NCBI GenBank assembly: GCA_963845755.1 | Contig: CAWJTV010000039.1 | Span: 320,001 to 384,000 of the forward strand | DNA length: 64,000 nucleotides | Direction of reading: 5' to 3' | DNA from: an uncultured Planctomycetota bacterium | GTDB taxonomy: Bacteria > Planctomycetota > Planctomycetia > Isosphaerales > Isosphaeraceae | In this document: in pieces, positions 8,490 to 16,546 of the stretch | Layout: each line of letters opens with the position of its first letter | Position numbering within the stretch: the stretch's first letter is position 1 | The notes under the pieces: model-generated | The model's database searches: none | What the model was told of the DNA's origin: nothing | The model's input: the letters and a program-made list of their open reading frames with translations, nothing else | Program-made: the position numbers and the translations under genes

Positions 8490-11376
8490 ATGAGCAGGCA
8501 ATTACTCAATCGGGGGTTGGGGACGGGGCTTGCGATGTTGCTGTTCGTCGCCGGGGTGGTGGCCCAGCAGCCACATCCAAGCACGACGGACGCCAAGACG
8601 AAGGCTCCGGCCAAACGAGCGATCCGGCCGGAGGATTATGGGGCGTGGGAATTGCTCGGCCTCGCGGCGCTGTCGCCGGACGGACGCTGGCTGGCCTATA
8701 GCATCGCCCGGCCGGACGGCGAGGGGGAGATGCGCTTGCGCATGCTCGCCACACAGGCCACCGAGGCGGTCCCCCATGGTGCCCGGCCGCAGTTCTCGAA
8801 GGATGGGAAGTGGCTGGCTTACACCATCGGCGTCCCCGAGGCGGAACGCGAGAAGGCGGCGAAGACCAAGGAGGCGGTCAAATCCAAACTCGGCCTGAGG
8901 AACCTCGTCAGTGGCGACTCGCTCACCATCGACGACGTGGCAACCGCGGGGTTCAGCGACAACGGCAAGTTCCTGGTCATGCGACGGTACCCGATCAAGG
9001 GGCGCGAGAGCGCCGGCGTCGATATCGTCGTCCGCAACCTCGCCAACGGCGTCAACACCAGTTTCGGCAACGTCGCCAGCTACGCGTTCAACGACCGAGG
9101 ATCGTTCCTGGCCCTGGCGATCGACGCCGAAGGGAAAGCCGGCAACGGCATCCAGGTCTATGACACCGCAACGGGCCTGCTCCGCACGCTGGAATCCGCC
9201 AATGCCAAATACACCGCACTCACCTGGCGCAAGGACGCGGCCGACCTCGCCGCGCTCCGCGAGAACGACCACGGCAAGGAGGAAGATGCCTCGTTCGTCG
9301 TCCTTGCGTGGCGGAACCTCAGTCAGCCGAAGCCGAAGTCGGCGACGTACGACTTTGCCAGGGACGAGACCTTTCCCAAGGACCACCGCGTGGTCGACTT
9401 CGCCGGCCTGAGATGGTCCGACGACGGCCAGACCCTCTCTTTCGGCATCAAGTCCTGGGAAAACAAGCCGGTACCCAAGGCCAAGAAGGACGAGAAGAAG
9501 CCGGACGAACCCAAGAAAGACCAACCCAAGAAGGACGAGCCCAAGAAGCCTGCGGCGAAGAAGTCGTTGCGCGACACGCTGAAGGAGCCGGCGGGGGTCG
9601 AGGTCTGGCACGCGAAAGACGTTGACATCATGCCCCTCCAGAAGAAGAGGGTGGCTCAGAAGAAGCGCGAGAATTTCCTGGCGGCGTGGTGGCTCGACGA
9701 CGGCAAGCTCGTCCCGCTCGGCAACGACCTCACCGAAGGGGTGGTCCTCCTCGAAGGCCAGAAGCACGCCCTCGGCCTCGACAACACGCCCTACGAGCAC
9801 GAGAAGAAGTTCGGCCCGACCGTTCATGACGTCTACCTGATCGACGTCAAGACCGGCGATCGCAAGAAGGTGCTCGACCACCTCAAATTCACCCTCGGCT
9901 CCAGTCCCGACGGACGGTATGTCCTCTACGTCAAGGATAAGAACGTGTGGTCCTATGATCTCAAGGGCGGGACGCACCTGAACCTCACCGGCGGACTCGG
10001 CGTCTCATTCATCAACGAAGAGTTGAGCAGCCTCACCGACGAGAAGCCCCCTTACGGCGTCGGGACCTGGACCAAGGACGGCTCGCACGTCCTGCTCTAC
10101 GACCGCTACGATGCCTGGCTCCTGAAGCCCGACGGCAAGGACCCCAGGCGGCTCACCGACGGCCGCAAGGACAAGGTGATCCACCGCCGCATCCGCCTCG
10201 ATTTCGAGGGAGATGGCGACCGATACGTGCGGCTCGACCAACCGATGTACCTGGCGATCAGCGGCGAGACCAGCAAGTACTTCGGCTATGCCCGGCTCAA
10301 GCCCGGCGAGAAGCGGGAGACGCTCATCTGGAAGCCCAAGGAGATCCAGCGCCTGCTGAAGGCGACAGACGCCGATGTCTATGCGTTCGTCGAGGAAGAC
10401 TACGACGATTCTCCCGACATCTTCGTCGCCGGGGCCGACCTCGGCTCGCCGCGCCAGGCATCGCAGACCAACCCGTTCCAGAAGGATTTCCTCTGGGGTC
10501 GCTCGGAGTTGGTCGACTACACAAGCGCCGACGGCAAGAAGCTCCAGGGCGCCCTCATCTACCCGGCCGGCTACGTGGCGGGCAAGAAGTATCCGATGAT
10601 CGTTTACATTTACGAGCGTCTCTCGGATCAGTTGCACGCCTACAGCACCCCCTCGGAGCGGAGCCCGTACAACCCTTCGGTCTTCTCGGCGGACGGGTAC
10701 TTCGTGTTCATGCCCGACATCGTCTACCGGGCGCAGAACCCGGGGCTGTCCGCGGTGGATTGCGTCGTGCCGGCGGTGAAGAAGGTGCTGGAGGGGGGAA
10801 CGGTGGACCCCAAGAAGGTCGGGCTCGTCGGCCACTCGTGGGGGGCCTATCAGACCGCCTTCCTCGTGACCCAGACCGACCTCTTCGCCGCGGGAGCCGC
10901 CGGCGCGCCGCTGACGAACATGATGAGCATGTCGGTGAGCATCTACTGGAACACCGGCCAGACCAACGCCTGGATCTTCCACGAGAGCCAGGGCCGGATG
11001 GATCGGCCGTTCTGGCAGGACGTCAACACCTACATCAAGAACTCACCGGTCTTCCAGATCGACAAGCTCAAGACGCCGCTCCTCGTGACCTTCGGCGACG
11101 AGGACGGCGCCGTCGACTGGAACCAGGGCGTCGAGCTGTACAACGCCGCCGCGGCTGGCGGGCAAGCCGGTCGTCATGCTGGTCTACCCCGGCGAGAACC
11201 ACGGCCTGGTGAAGAAACCGAACCAGGTTGACTACCATTACCGGATTCTCGAATGGTTCGGTCACTACCTGAAGGGCGAGAAGGCACCGAAGTGGGTGGC
11301 CGAGGGCCAGTCGCACCTCGACCGGCAGAAGGAGCTCGACGCCCTCAAGAAGAAACACGACGGCGAGGCGAAGTAG
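8490..11376 (+). CDS. S9 prolyl oligopeptidase family serine peptidase (frameshift near 11150)
   Basis: Signal peptide, SPDGRWLAY propeller repeats, GHSWGA nucleophile, GDEDGAV Asp, YPGENHGL His in the second frame. Confidence 0.9.
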
Positions 11377-11500
11377 CGCAACTTCCAAACGGGCGCGTCC
11401 CGCGCCCATCGCGGCGGTGGGTTGCTGCGTATGCACGTCAATCGGCACGCAGTTCTTGCCTGTCCCCGGGCGATGTTCTCCCTCTGGCCATCGCCTCCGC

Positions 11501-12325
11501 TCAGACTCCTGCGAACTCAGGGCGAGCCCCGCCTTTGCCAACCAACGTGTCTATGTTCTGTCGCCGTCCTTCCAGGAGCAGACGCCAGCAGGACTGGCTG
11601 GGGTCAACAAGACCCTCGGCGCGGGCGATGTCGATGAATTCCGATGCCCGCATCTGGGATTCCTCCCAACCCTGAAGAGCGTCGTCGGTCGCGGCGTCCG
11701 GCTGACAATAGAGCATATGGTCAAACCGTGCGTAGGGGTGAACTTCTCGATCATGGATATGCACAGTCGGGAAGTACAGGAGCTCCGGGTTTCTCCGGGG
11801 GAATGTGAAAGCCATCGGATGCACACGCCGTGGTTCCCGACTGCCGTGCGCCAGACTGATGACGTCCTCGGACCGTCGTGAGGGGCTCGCCTTCAGCTTG
11901 AAAACGGCGAACCCGAAGTCGCGATACGCCGGCAACCGATCCCAAACGTCTGCCGGAATGCGAAATCGTTCATCGAGTCGACCGAAGTCCTCGAGCCGCG
12001 GGACAAACGAGGCCTCGAAGTCCCCAACATCGTGTACGCGAAGCTTCGGAAGCGACCGTGATTCGGGGCCCCCGCCCCTTGCGAGAACCATCCGGCGCGG
12101 AAAGCCACGACTCATGTCGTCGAAGAACTTCGGATACCGTTGAAGGTTGATGAACGTGACCGCCTCTTCTCCAGGGTTCGGGGGGACAGGCAAGGGTAGC
12201 ACCATGGCGAGGTCAGACGAAGCGGCATAGCTCATACTGTACGCGAGGAACTGCCGGCCATTGGCAGATCGGGCGAAGATGTTCGTTTCTGAGACCAGTT
12301 CAACGGGCTGGGAAAAGCAGCACAT
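11501..12325 (-). CDS. Hypothetical protein (MCCFS N-terminus), directly downstream of the last attC
   Basis: 274-aa ORF with globular composition (AMVLPLPVP, FGFAVFKL, HPMAFTFP, FPTVHIHD). Confidence 0.75.
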   Translation of the reverse strand: MCCFSQPVELVSETNIFARSANGRQFLAYSMSYAASSDLAMVLPLPVPPNPGEEAVTFINLQRYPKFFDDMSRGFPRRMVLARGGGPESRSLPKLRVHDVGDFEASFVPRLEDFGRLDERFRIPADVWDRLPAYRDFGFAVFKLKASPSRRSEDVISLAHGSREPRRVHPMAFTFPRRNPELLYFPTVHIHDREVHPYARFDHMLYCQPDAATDDALQGWEESQMRASEFIDIARAEGLVDPSQSCWRLLLEGRRQNIDTLVGKGGARPEFAGV

Positions 12326-12381
12326 CGTACAGGGTCCTTTGGGTTTGGTCGTTCACCGATTCGTAGAATGAGGCCACCACC

Positions 12382-12442
12382 GCCGAACGATCGAGATCGG
12401 CAGCCCGCCGAAAGGCGGGTCTGCTGCAACCGAAAGTTAGGC
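12382..12442 (-). mobile_element. attC site 1
   Basis: Minus strand GCCTAAC...ttgcagcagacc...ggctgccgatc...GTTCGGC; imperfect palindrome; TAA of the upstream gene lies in R''. Confidence 0.8.
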
Positions 12443-12778
12443 CAGCTCTGCCCAATCGCTCGGCAGCCCGGCCAGTTTCTTGGCCCCGACGTTCACCCCC
12501 TCGGCATAGACGACCCGGTCGCCCACCCGAAGCATCAAGGACCGGAGCAAGAGCCAGGGCCAGACACGGACCTCGACGACGCCGGGCCATCCGCCGAGCT
12601 TGAATTCGAACCGGGGCACGAACCAAAACCAGCAGGTCTTGCGGAGGACGGCGCCGTCCACCGACACGTGCTCGAAGCCGATGCCTCTCCCGTCATACTC
12701 AACGACATGAGGGCCATCGGGCAGAGAGAATTCGATGGCACGACGCAGCCAGCCTCGGTGGATGAGTTTCGCCGACAT
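12437..12778 (-). CDS. Cassette-encoded hypothetical protein (113 aa)
   Basis: Single ORF between attC2 and attC1, preceded by GGAGG. Confidence 0.7.
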   Translation of the reverse strand: MSAKLIHRGWLRRAIEFSLPDGPHVVEYDGRGIGFEHVSVDGAVLRKTCWFWFVPRFEFKLGGWPGVVEVRVWPWLLLRSLMLRVGDRVVYAEGVNVGAKKLAGLPSDWAELA

Positions 12779-12796
12779 GATTGGTTGGCCTCCGCC

Positions 12797-12856
12797 GCCA
12801 AACGAAAAGTTCAGCGGGCCGCCGCCAGGCAGGTCCGCTGGATCGCAAGGTTAGGC
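12797..12856 (-). mobile_element. attC site 2
   Basis: Minus strand GCCTAAC cttgcgatccagcggacc...gcccgctgaacttttc GTTTGGC; TAA of the upstream gene lies in R''. Confidence 0.85.
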
Positions 12857-13426
12857 TCCGGCCGCCGCTTTGGGGCAACAGAGCCGCAGGAATTCCCCGG
12901 GCGGATCCGACTCCAGGGCCGCCAGCATCGGCTCGCCGAACACCGTCAGCCTGCCGCGCCAATCCGCGCTGACACCGAAGGTCAAGTCCTTGGCGACGAA
13001 GTGCGAGGGATCGCCATCGGCGAGGATCGGCCGTGCCCATTCGTCGCGCGTCGCGGCCGTGATCCCGCCGTGCGGGTCGAGTTCGTACCACACGTGCTGC
13101 CAGTGCTCGATGACCAGGAGCCGCTCCCCGGGCGGGATGCAGCGGCGGAAGGCCGCGAGCATCTTCATCGTCAATTCCGCCTCGATCTCCTCCGCCTTGC
13201 TCGGGACCCGAGTGAGGGGCGTCAGGTCCCAAGTCCGGAAGGGCGGGGGGAATACCGGATCACCGCCGGATCGACCATAGCCGCCGAACTTGGCCGTCCA
13301 GGCGTCCCAGATCGTGTACATCACCTCGATGTTCTCGATCGGGTGCCAGCCGAGTGAGAGCCAATGGCGACCGATGCGATCGAAGTCGGCTCGGTTACGC
13401 GGTGGATCGAAGCGCTGATACCGCAT
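12851..13426 (-). CDS. DUF2716-like protein (cassette)
   Basis: ATG 13426; motifs PFRTWDL, AFRRCIPPGERLLVIEHWQH, ILADGDPSHFVAKDLTFG, LTVFGEPML. Confidence 0.7.
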   Translation of the reverse strand: MRYQRFDPPRNRADFDRIGRHWLSLGWHPIENIEVMYTIWDAWTAKFGGYGRSGGDPVFPPPFRTWDLTPLTRVPSKAEEIEAELTMKMLAAFRRCIPPGERLLVIEHWQHVWYELDPHGGITAATRDEWARPILADGDPSHFVAKDLTFGVSADWRGRLTVFGEPMLAALESDPPGEFLRLCCPKAAAGA

Positions 13427-13445
13427 CCTGGTACCGCCTCCCGCT

Positions 13446-13506
13446 GCCTGATGCTCAAGATCAGCGGCCCGCCGCCAGGCGGGTCCGCTGCATCGCCTCG
13501 TTAGCC
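13446..13506 (-). mobile_element. attC site 3 (degenerate R')
   Basis: Minus strand GGCTAAC gaggcgatgcagcggacc...gccgctgatcttgagc ATCAGGC; core nearly identical to attC4. Confidence 0.75.
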
Positions 13507-13716
13507 GTCGGTGGGGCGCCGCCGCAGCAAATCGAGACGATGCCTCTCGATCACCTCGAGGAGGCGGGTATCCTCGATGTCCCAGAGCGACTGATCGGTT
13601 TGGTCTTCGACCAGAAATCCGAGGTTGGCCAGCAACTGGCCGAACCGAACGTCGGGCGATAGTTGCTGGAGGTCGGCAAGCTTCTCGATCAACTCGTGAT
13701 GGGTCGCTTGGATCAT
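13501..13716 (-). CDS. Small helical protein (71 aa), second gene of a two-gene cassette
   Basis: ATGA overlap with the upstream gene; PDVRFGQLLANL and LWDIEDTRLL motifs; stop inside attC3. Confidence 0.7.
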   Translation of the reverse strand: MIQATHHELIEKLADLQQLSPDVRFGQLLANLGFLVEDQTDQSLWDIEDTRLLEVIERHRLDLLRRRPTDG

Positions 13717-14009
13717 GGCACTTGGTCTCCGATCTTGGGCTCGCCGGCATAAGCCCGTCGCAGCCTCCCGACGACCTCAACACGGATCGTTGCCCCCGGC
13801 GCCAGCTTGGCGATCCGGGTGGCCCGGGTCACTCCATTGTACAAAACCAGGACGCCGTCGGAAGCCTCGTAGACCCAGGGCGGCGGCATCCCGACAGACG
13901 AAACTCCGAATCGAGCGATCTGGAGTTGGAGTTTGTAGGGGTCCGCACCACTCCGGCGCGTGGGCAGGCGCAGTTCACGAGGATCGACATCGCGGAAGTC
14001 TTGTGGCAT
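13713..14009 (-). CDS. Small ParB/Sulfiredoxin-N-like protein (98 aa), first gene of a two-gene cassette
   Basis: DVDPRELRL...GMPPPWVYEASDGVLVLYNGVTRATRIAKL resembles the ParB/Srx P-x-x-V...xG-x-x-R signature. Confidence 0.6.
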   Translation of the reverse strand: MPQDFRDVDPRELRLPTRRSGADPYKLQLQIARFGVSSVGMPPPWVYEASDGVLVLYNGVTRATRIAKLAPGATIRVEVVGRLRRAYAGEPKIGDQVP

Positions 14010-14054
14010 GCCCTACTGCTTATCAGGGGATATCCGTCATGGGAGGGTGCGCTC

Positions 14055-14116
14055 GCCTGAACGCTCAAGATCAGCGGCCCGCCGGCAGGCGGGTCGGCTG
14101 CATCGCATTGTTCCTC
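14055..14116 (-). mobile_element. attC site 4
   Basis: Minus strand GAGGAAC aatgcgatgcagccgacc...gccgctgatcttgagc GTTCAGGC. Confidence 0.75.
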
Positions 14117-14247
14117 GACCTCGCACCGTCGCTCGGCGCGGATCAGCTCGCGAACCTGATCGTTGTCTCTGCTATACCCGCCTCCGAAACACGCTCCTGT
14201 ACGAAGAGCCTCATCGACGCGGGCAAGGCGGTGTTCATGGTTGCCCT
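14117..14247 (-). pseudogene. Frameshifted ribbon-helix-helix ParD-like antitoxin remnant
   Basis: Joined frames give ATMNTALPASMRLFVQERVSEAG/YSRDNDQVRELIRAERR, matching the TMNISLP...FV...V...GY.S.SE.VRELIR pattern; frameshift near 14175. Confidence 0.55.
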
Positions 14248-14344
14248 GGTCCGCCTCCCGGCTCCCACATTCATTCGCGCGCTTTGGCGGTTCTTGCCGA
14301 TGAACTGCCAATCGCAACCGGAGCAGCCTGGTTGGACGCGATGC

Positions 14345-14608
14345 TCAGGGCGACATCGCAAACCCGGTCACGAGAGTATTGCTCGGCGTCTCGATGAAAA
14401 CGTTCCAGTCCGTTGTTCCCTCGTAACGGCTTCTCACCGCGAGCCGGATTCTCATGCCAGCGAAGACATGAGGCGGCTCGATGGAACCGAGGACTTCATC
14501 GTCGGTGGCGCTTGCTACGGCAACCGATAACGGTGGCGGCACATCGACCGGGGCGTCACCCTCGTACCATCCCCAGCCGTAGATCGGCTCAAATGTCATG
14601 GTTCTCAT
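14345..14608 (-). CDS. Hypothetical protein (87 aa)
   Basis: ORF MRTMTFEPIYGWGWY..., co-oriented with the cassette array. Confidence 0.5.
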   Translation of the reverse strand: MRTMTFEPIYGWGWYEGDAPVDVPPPLSVAVASATDDEVLGSIEPPHVFAGMRIRLAVRSRYEGTTDWNVFIETPSNTLVTGFAMSP

Positions 14609-14669
14609 AGATGATAAGCCACGTCGAATCCGCCAGGAACGGGCGGCTCATCCAATACGGCCCGGATAT

Positions 14670-15533
14670 TCAATCCACGCTCCACCGCCTCGGCGGCGTG
14701 ACCTCGAACCGGCCGGTGGGCGGGCTGAAGCGAACTCCGGTCTGCCAGAGGAGGTCGGGCTGGTGCTTGGCCAGCAGGTATTTCATGACGACTTCGTCCG
14801 AGGGGGGCATGCCGGGGTCCTGGAACACGACGCAGAGGCGCGCCAGCGCCTTGCGCGTCTTGGCGTCCCAGACCTCGATCAGGCCATGCGGCCGCCGGGG
14901 GATGCGGTAATACTTGTCGCCGTTGAGGACGGTGAGGCAGTCGAACTGGCAGAACTCGTGGAATTCCTTGGGCTCGACGACGTCGCGGACCAGCTCGGCG
15001 GCGACCAGCTCGGGCACGCCTTGCTGGTAGGCCGAGACGTCCAGTTGCATGGGCTCGTCCTCGCGGGTCGCCTGCGGCTGGCTCTTGCCCTCGATCACCC
15101 GGAAGATCTCCGCGGCGACGAGCCGGGCATATCCAGCGCGCAAGGCCGGGCTGGCAATGACCAGTTGCGGGAATGACGCCGCGGTGCGCACCACCTCGTG
15201 GGCAAAGGCGGCGGCCTCGCGCTGGAGCTTCTCCATCCAGTAGCGGGGCAGGCGCGACCGGTCGCTCTCGGAGTAGCGGAACGGCCGCGGGCCGACGTCG
15301 GGGACCCGCACCTCGGTCTCGCCTCCGTGGCGATGGAGCGTCCGCAGGACCGAGTCGTACGTCGCCTCGCCGCGGACAAACCGGTCGGCCGCGTCGATAT
15401 GCCCCGTGCACTTGACCCGCACAATCCGATAACTCGGCCGCGCCAGGAAGATCACCTCGCGCGCCAGCCGGTCATCACGGCTCCGGACGTCCTCGACCTC
15501 GATTTCCCAGCGCAGGTATCCCGTGCGAATCAT
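14670..15533 (-). CDS. Hypothetical protein with C-terminal YRI...LC...P.SD domain; partner of the GG-tail protein
   Basis: ATG 15533, 287 aa; KYYRIPRR...IEVWD...ARLCVVFQDPGMPPSDEVVMKYLLAK. Confidence 0.75.
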   Translation of the reverse strand: MIRTGYLRWEIEVEDVRSRDDRLAREVIFLARPSYRIVRVKCTGHIDAADRFVRGEATYDSVLRTLHRHGGETEVRVPDVGPRPFRYSESDRSRLPRYWMEKLQREAAAFAHEVVRTAASFPQLVIASPALRAGYARLVAAEIFRVIEGKSQPQATREDEPMQLDVSAYQQGVPELVAAELVRDVVEPKEFHEFCQFDCLTVLNGDKYYRIPRRPHGLIEVWDAKTRKALARLCVVFQDPGMPPSDEVVMKYLLAKHQPDLLWQTGVRFSPPTGRFEVTPPRRWSVD

Positions 15534-15549
15534 GAGTCGCGTCGCTCCG

Positions 15550-15614
15550 GTGTTCCGTGTTCCGTGTTCAGTACTGACACCGTCTCTCAACTGAACACGG
15601 AACACAGAACACTG
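15550..15614. repeat. Inverted heptamer-array hairpin (GTGTTCC)n...(GAACAC[GAT])n
   Basis: gtgttccgtgttccgtgttcagt ... actgaacacggaacacagaacactg. Confidence 0.75.
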
Positions 15615-15615
15615 A

Positions 15616-15849
15616 TCAACCGATCCCACCCTGGATAGCCGGCACGATCAGGATCTCCGTCGCCGTCCGGTCGAACTGGCGAATCGGAGTCGTCTTCCCC
15701 GGACCGTCCAGCCGGAAGGCCAATCGCCCTGCCGTGTAATTCTCGGCGAACGCCGATTCCGCCGCTGCGACCGTCTCGGGCTGGTCCTTGCTCCATTCCG
15801 CCAGCGTCAGGTCGCCATGCCCCGTCTTGAGCAGCCGTAACTTCGACAT
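15616..15849 (-). CDS. Small protein (77 aa) with ubiquitin/MoaD-like C-terminal PxxxGG tail
   Basis: AGGA SD, ATG 15849; ends TEILIVPAIQGGIG*. Confidence 0.8.
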   Translation of the reverse strand: MSKLRLLKTGHGDLTLAEWSKDQPETVAAAESAFAENYTAGRLAFRLDGPGKTTPIRQFDRTATEILIVPAIQGGIG

Positions 15850-15905
15850 TTGTCCTGAATCCTTTGTACTGGGAGACGGTCCGAGCACGGCGTCTGGCCT
15901 TTGCA

Positions 15906-15963
15906 GGATGGGTGAAACCCACCCGGTCGCAGGCCGATTCTCGGTGGGTTTCACCCACCCTAC
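15906..15963. repeat. REP doublet (GTAGGGTGGGTGAAACCCACC family)
   Basis: ggatgggtgaaacccacc ... ggtgggtttcacccaccctac; same family at 19144-19204. Confidence 0.75.
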
Positions 15964-16228
15964 GGGGTCCTCGGATCGCCTCTTAGTCCTTTGTCCTGGG
16001 TGTTTCGTCCCTGATTCCTGCTCCTTTGTCCTGGGTCCGTGATTGTGGGCGGAGTTCCTTCCATCCCGCAGCCGGATTCTACTCGAAGGCCCGCGCCGAG
16101 ACTACGGGGATTACGCCGTCGTTCGTGGTCCGAGGTGGCTCGACGCAGCCACACTGCCCGCCGATCCGGTCAGGTCACGTCCGGGCTCCCCACGACCGGC
16201 CGGGGATCCGTGACCAACGACAGAACGA

Positions 16229-16354
16229 TCAAGACGGATTGGCGGCCGCGGCCTCCTTGGCCTTCTTTCGTTCCTTCTCCGGCTTGGGACGCCGCTTGCC
16301 GAACGTACCCCGGAAGATCTTGCCTCGCTTGGACCGCCGATCACCCTTGCCCAT
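16229..16354 (-). CDS. thx: 30S ribosomal protein Thx (bS31/PSRP4-like)
   Basis: Manual translation MGKGDRRSKRGKIFRGTFGKRRPKPEKERKKAKEAAAANPS*; GAGGAG SD; matches the Thx MGKGDRR..RGKI..GT.GK.RP signature. Confidence 0.9.
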   Translation of the reverse strand: MGKGDRRSKRGKIFRGTFGKRRPKPEKERKKAKEAAAANPS

Positions 16355-16546
16355 GGTCTGACTCCTCACGTAGGTCAGGCGAGAAAGCCTGAGCTACAAG
16401 TTTGCCGGCGTCGTGAAGTGGCGAGTGGCCAGAAAAAAATCGGTCTCCACTAGCCAGTCGCCACGATTGCCGATTAATATAGGACTGGTCACTGACGTTT
16501 GTCGTTTTCGCAGCACGTCGTCGTTTCGACGGGAGGAGATCCGAAG

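Noticed and set aside
11377..11500. Fifth attC downstream of the 274-aa gene
   Set aside because: Small hairpins are present, but no AAC...GTT box pair with the inner stem seen in the other four sites.
12382..14116. CRISPR or simple terminators for the four 60-bp palindromes
   Set aside because: They are separated by whole genes, have AAC/GTT core boxes and lack U-tracts, which fits attC better.
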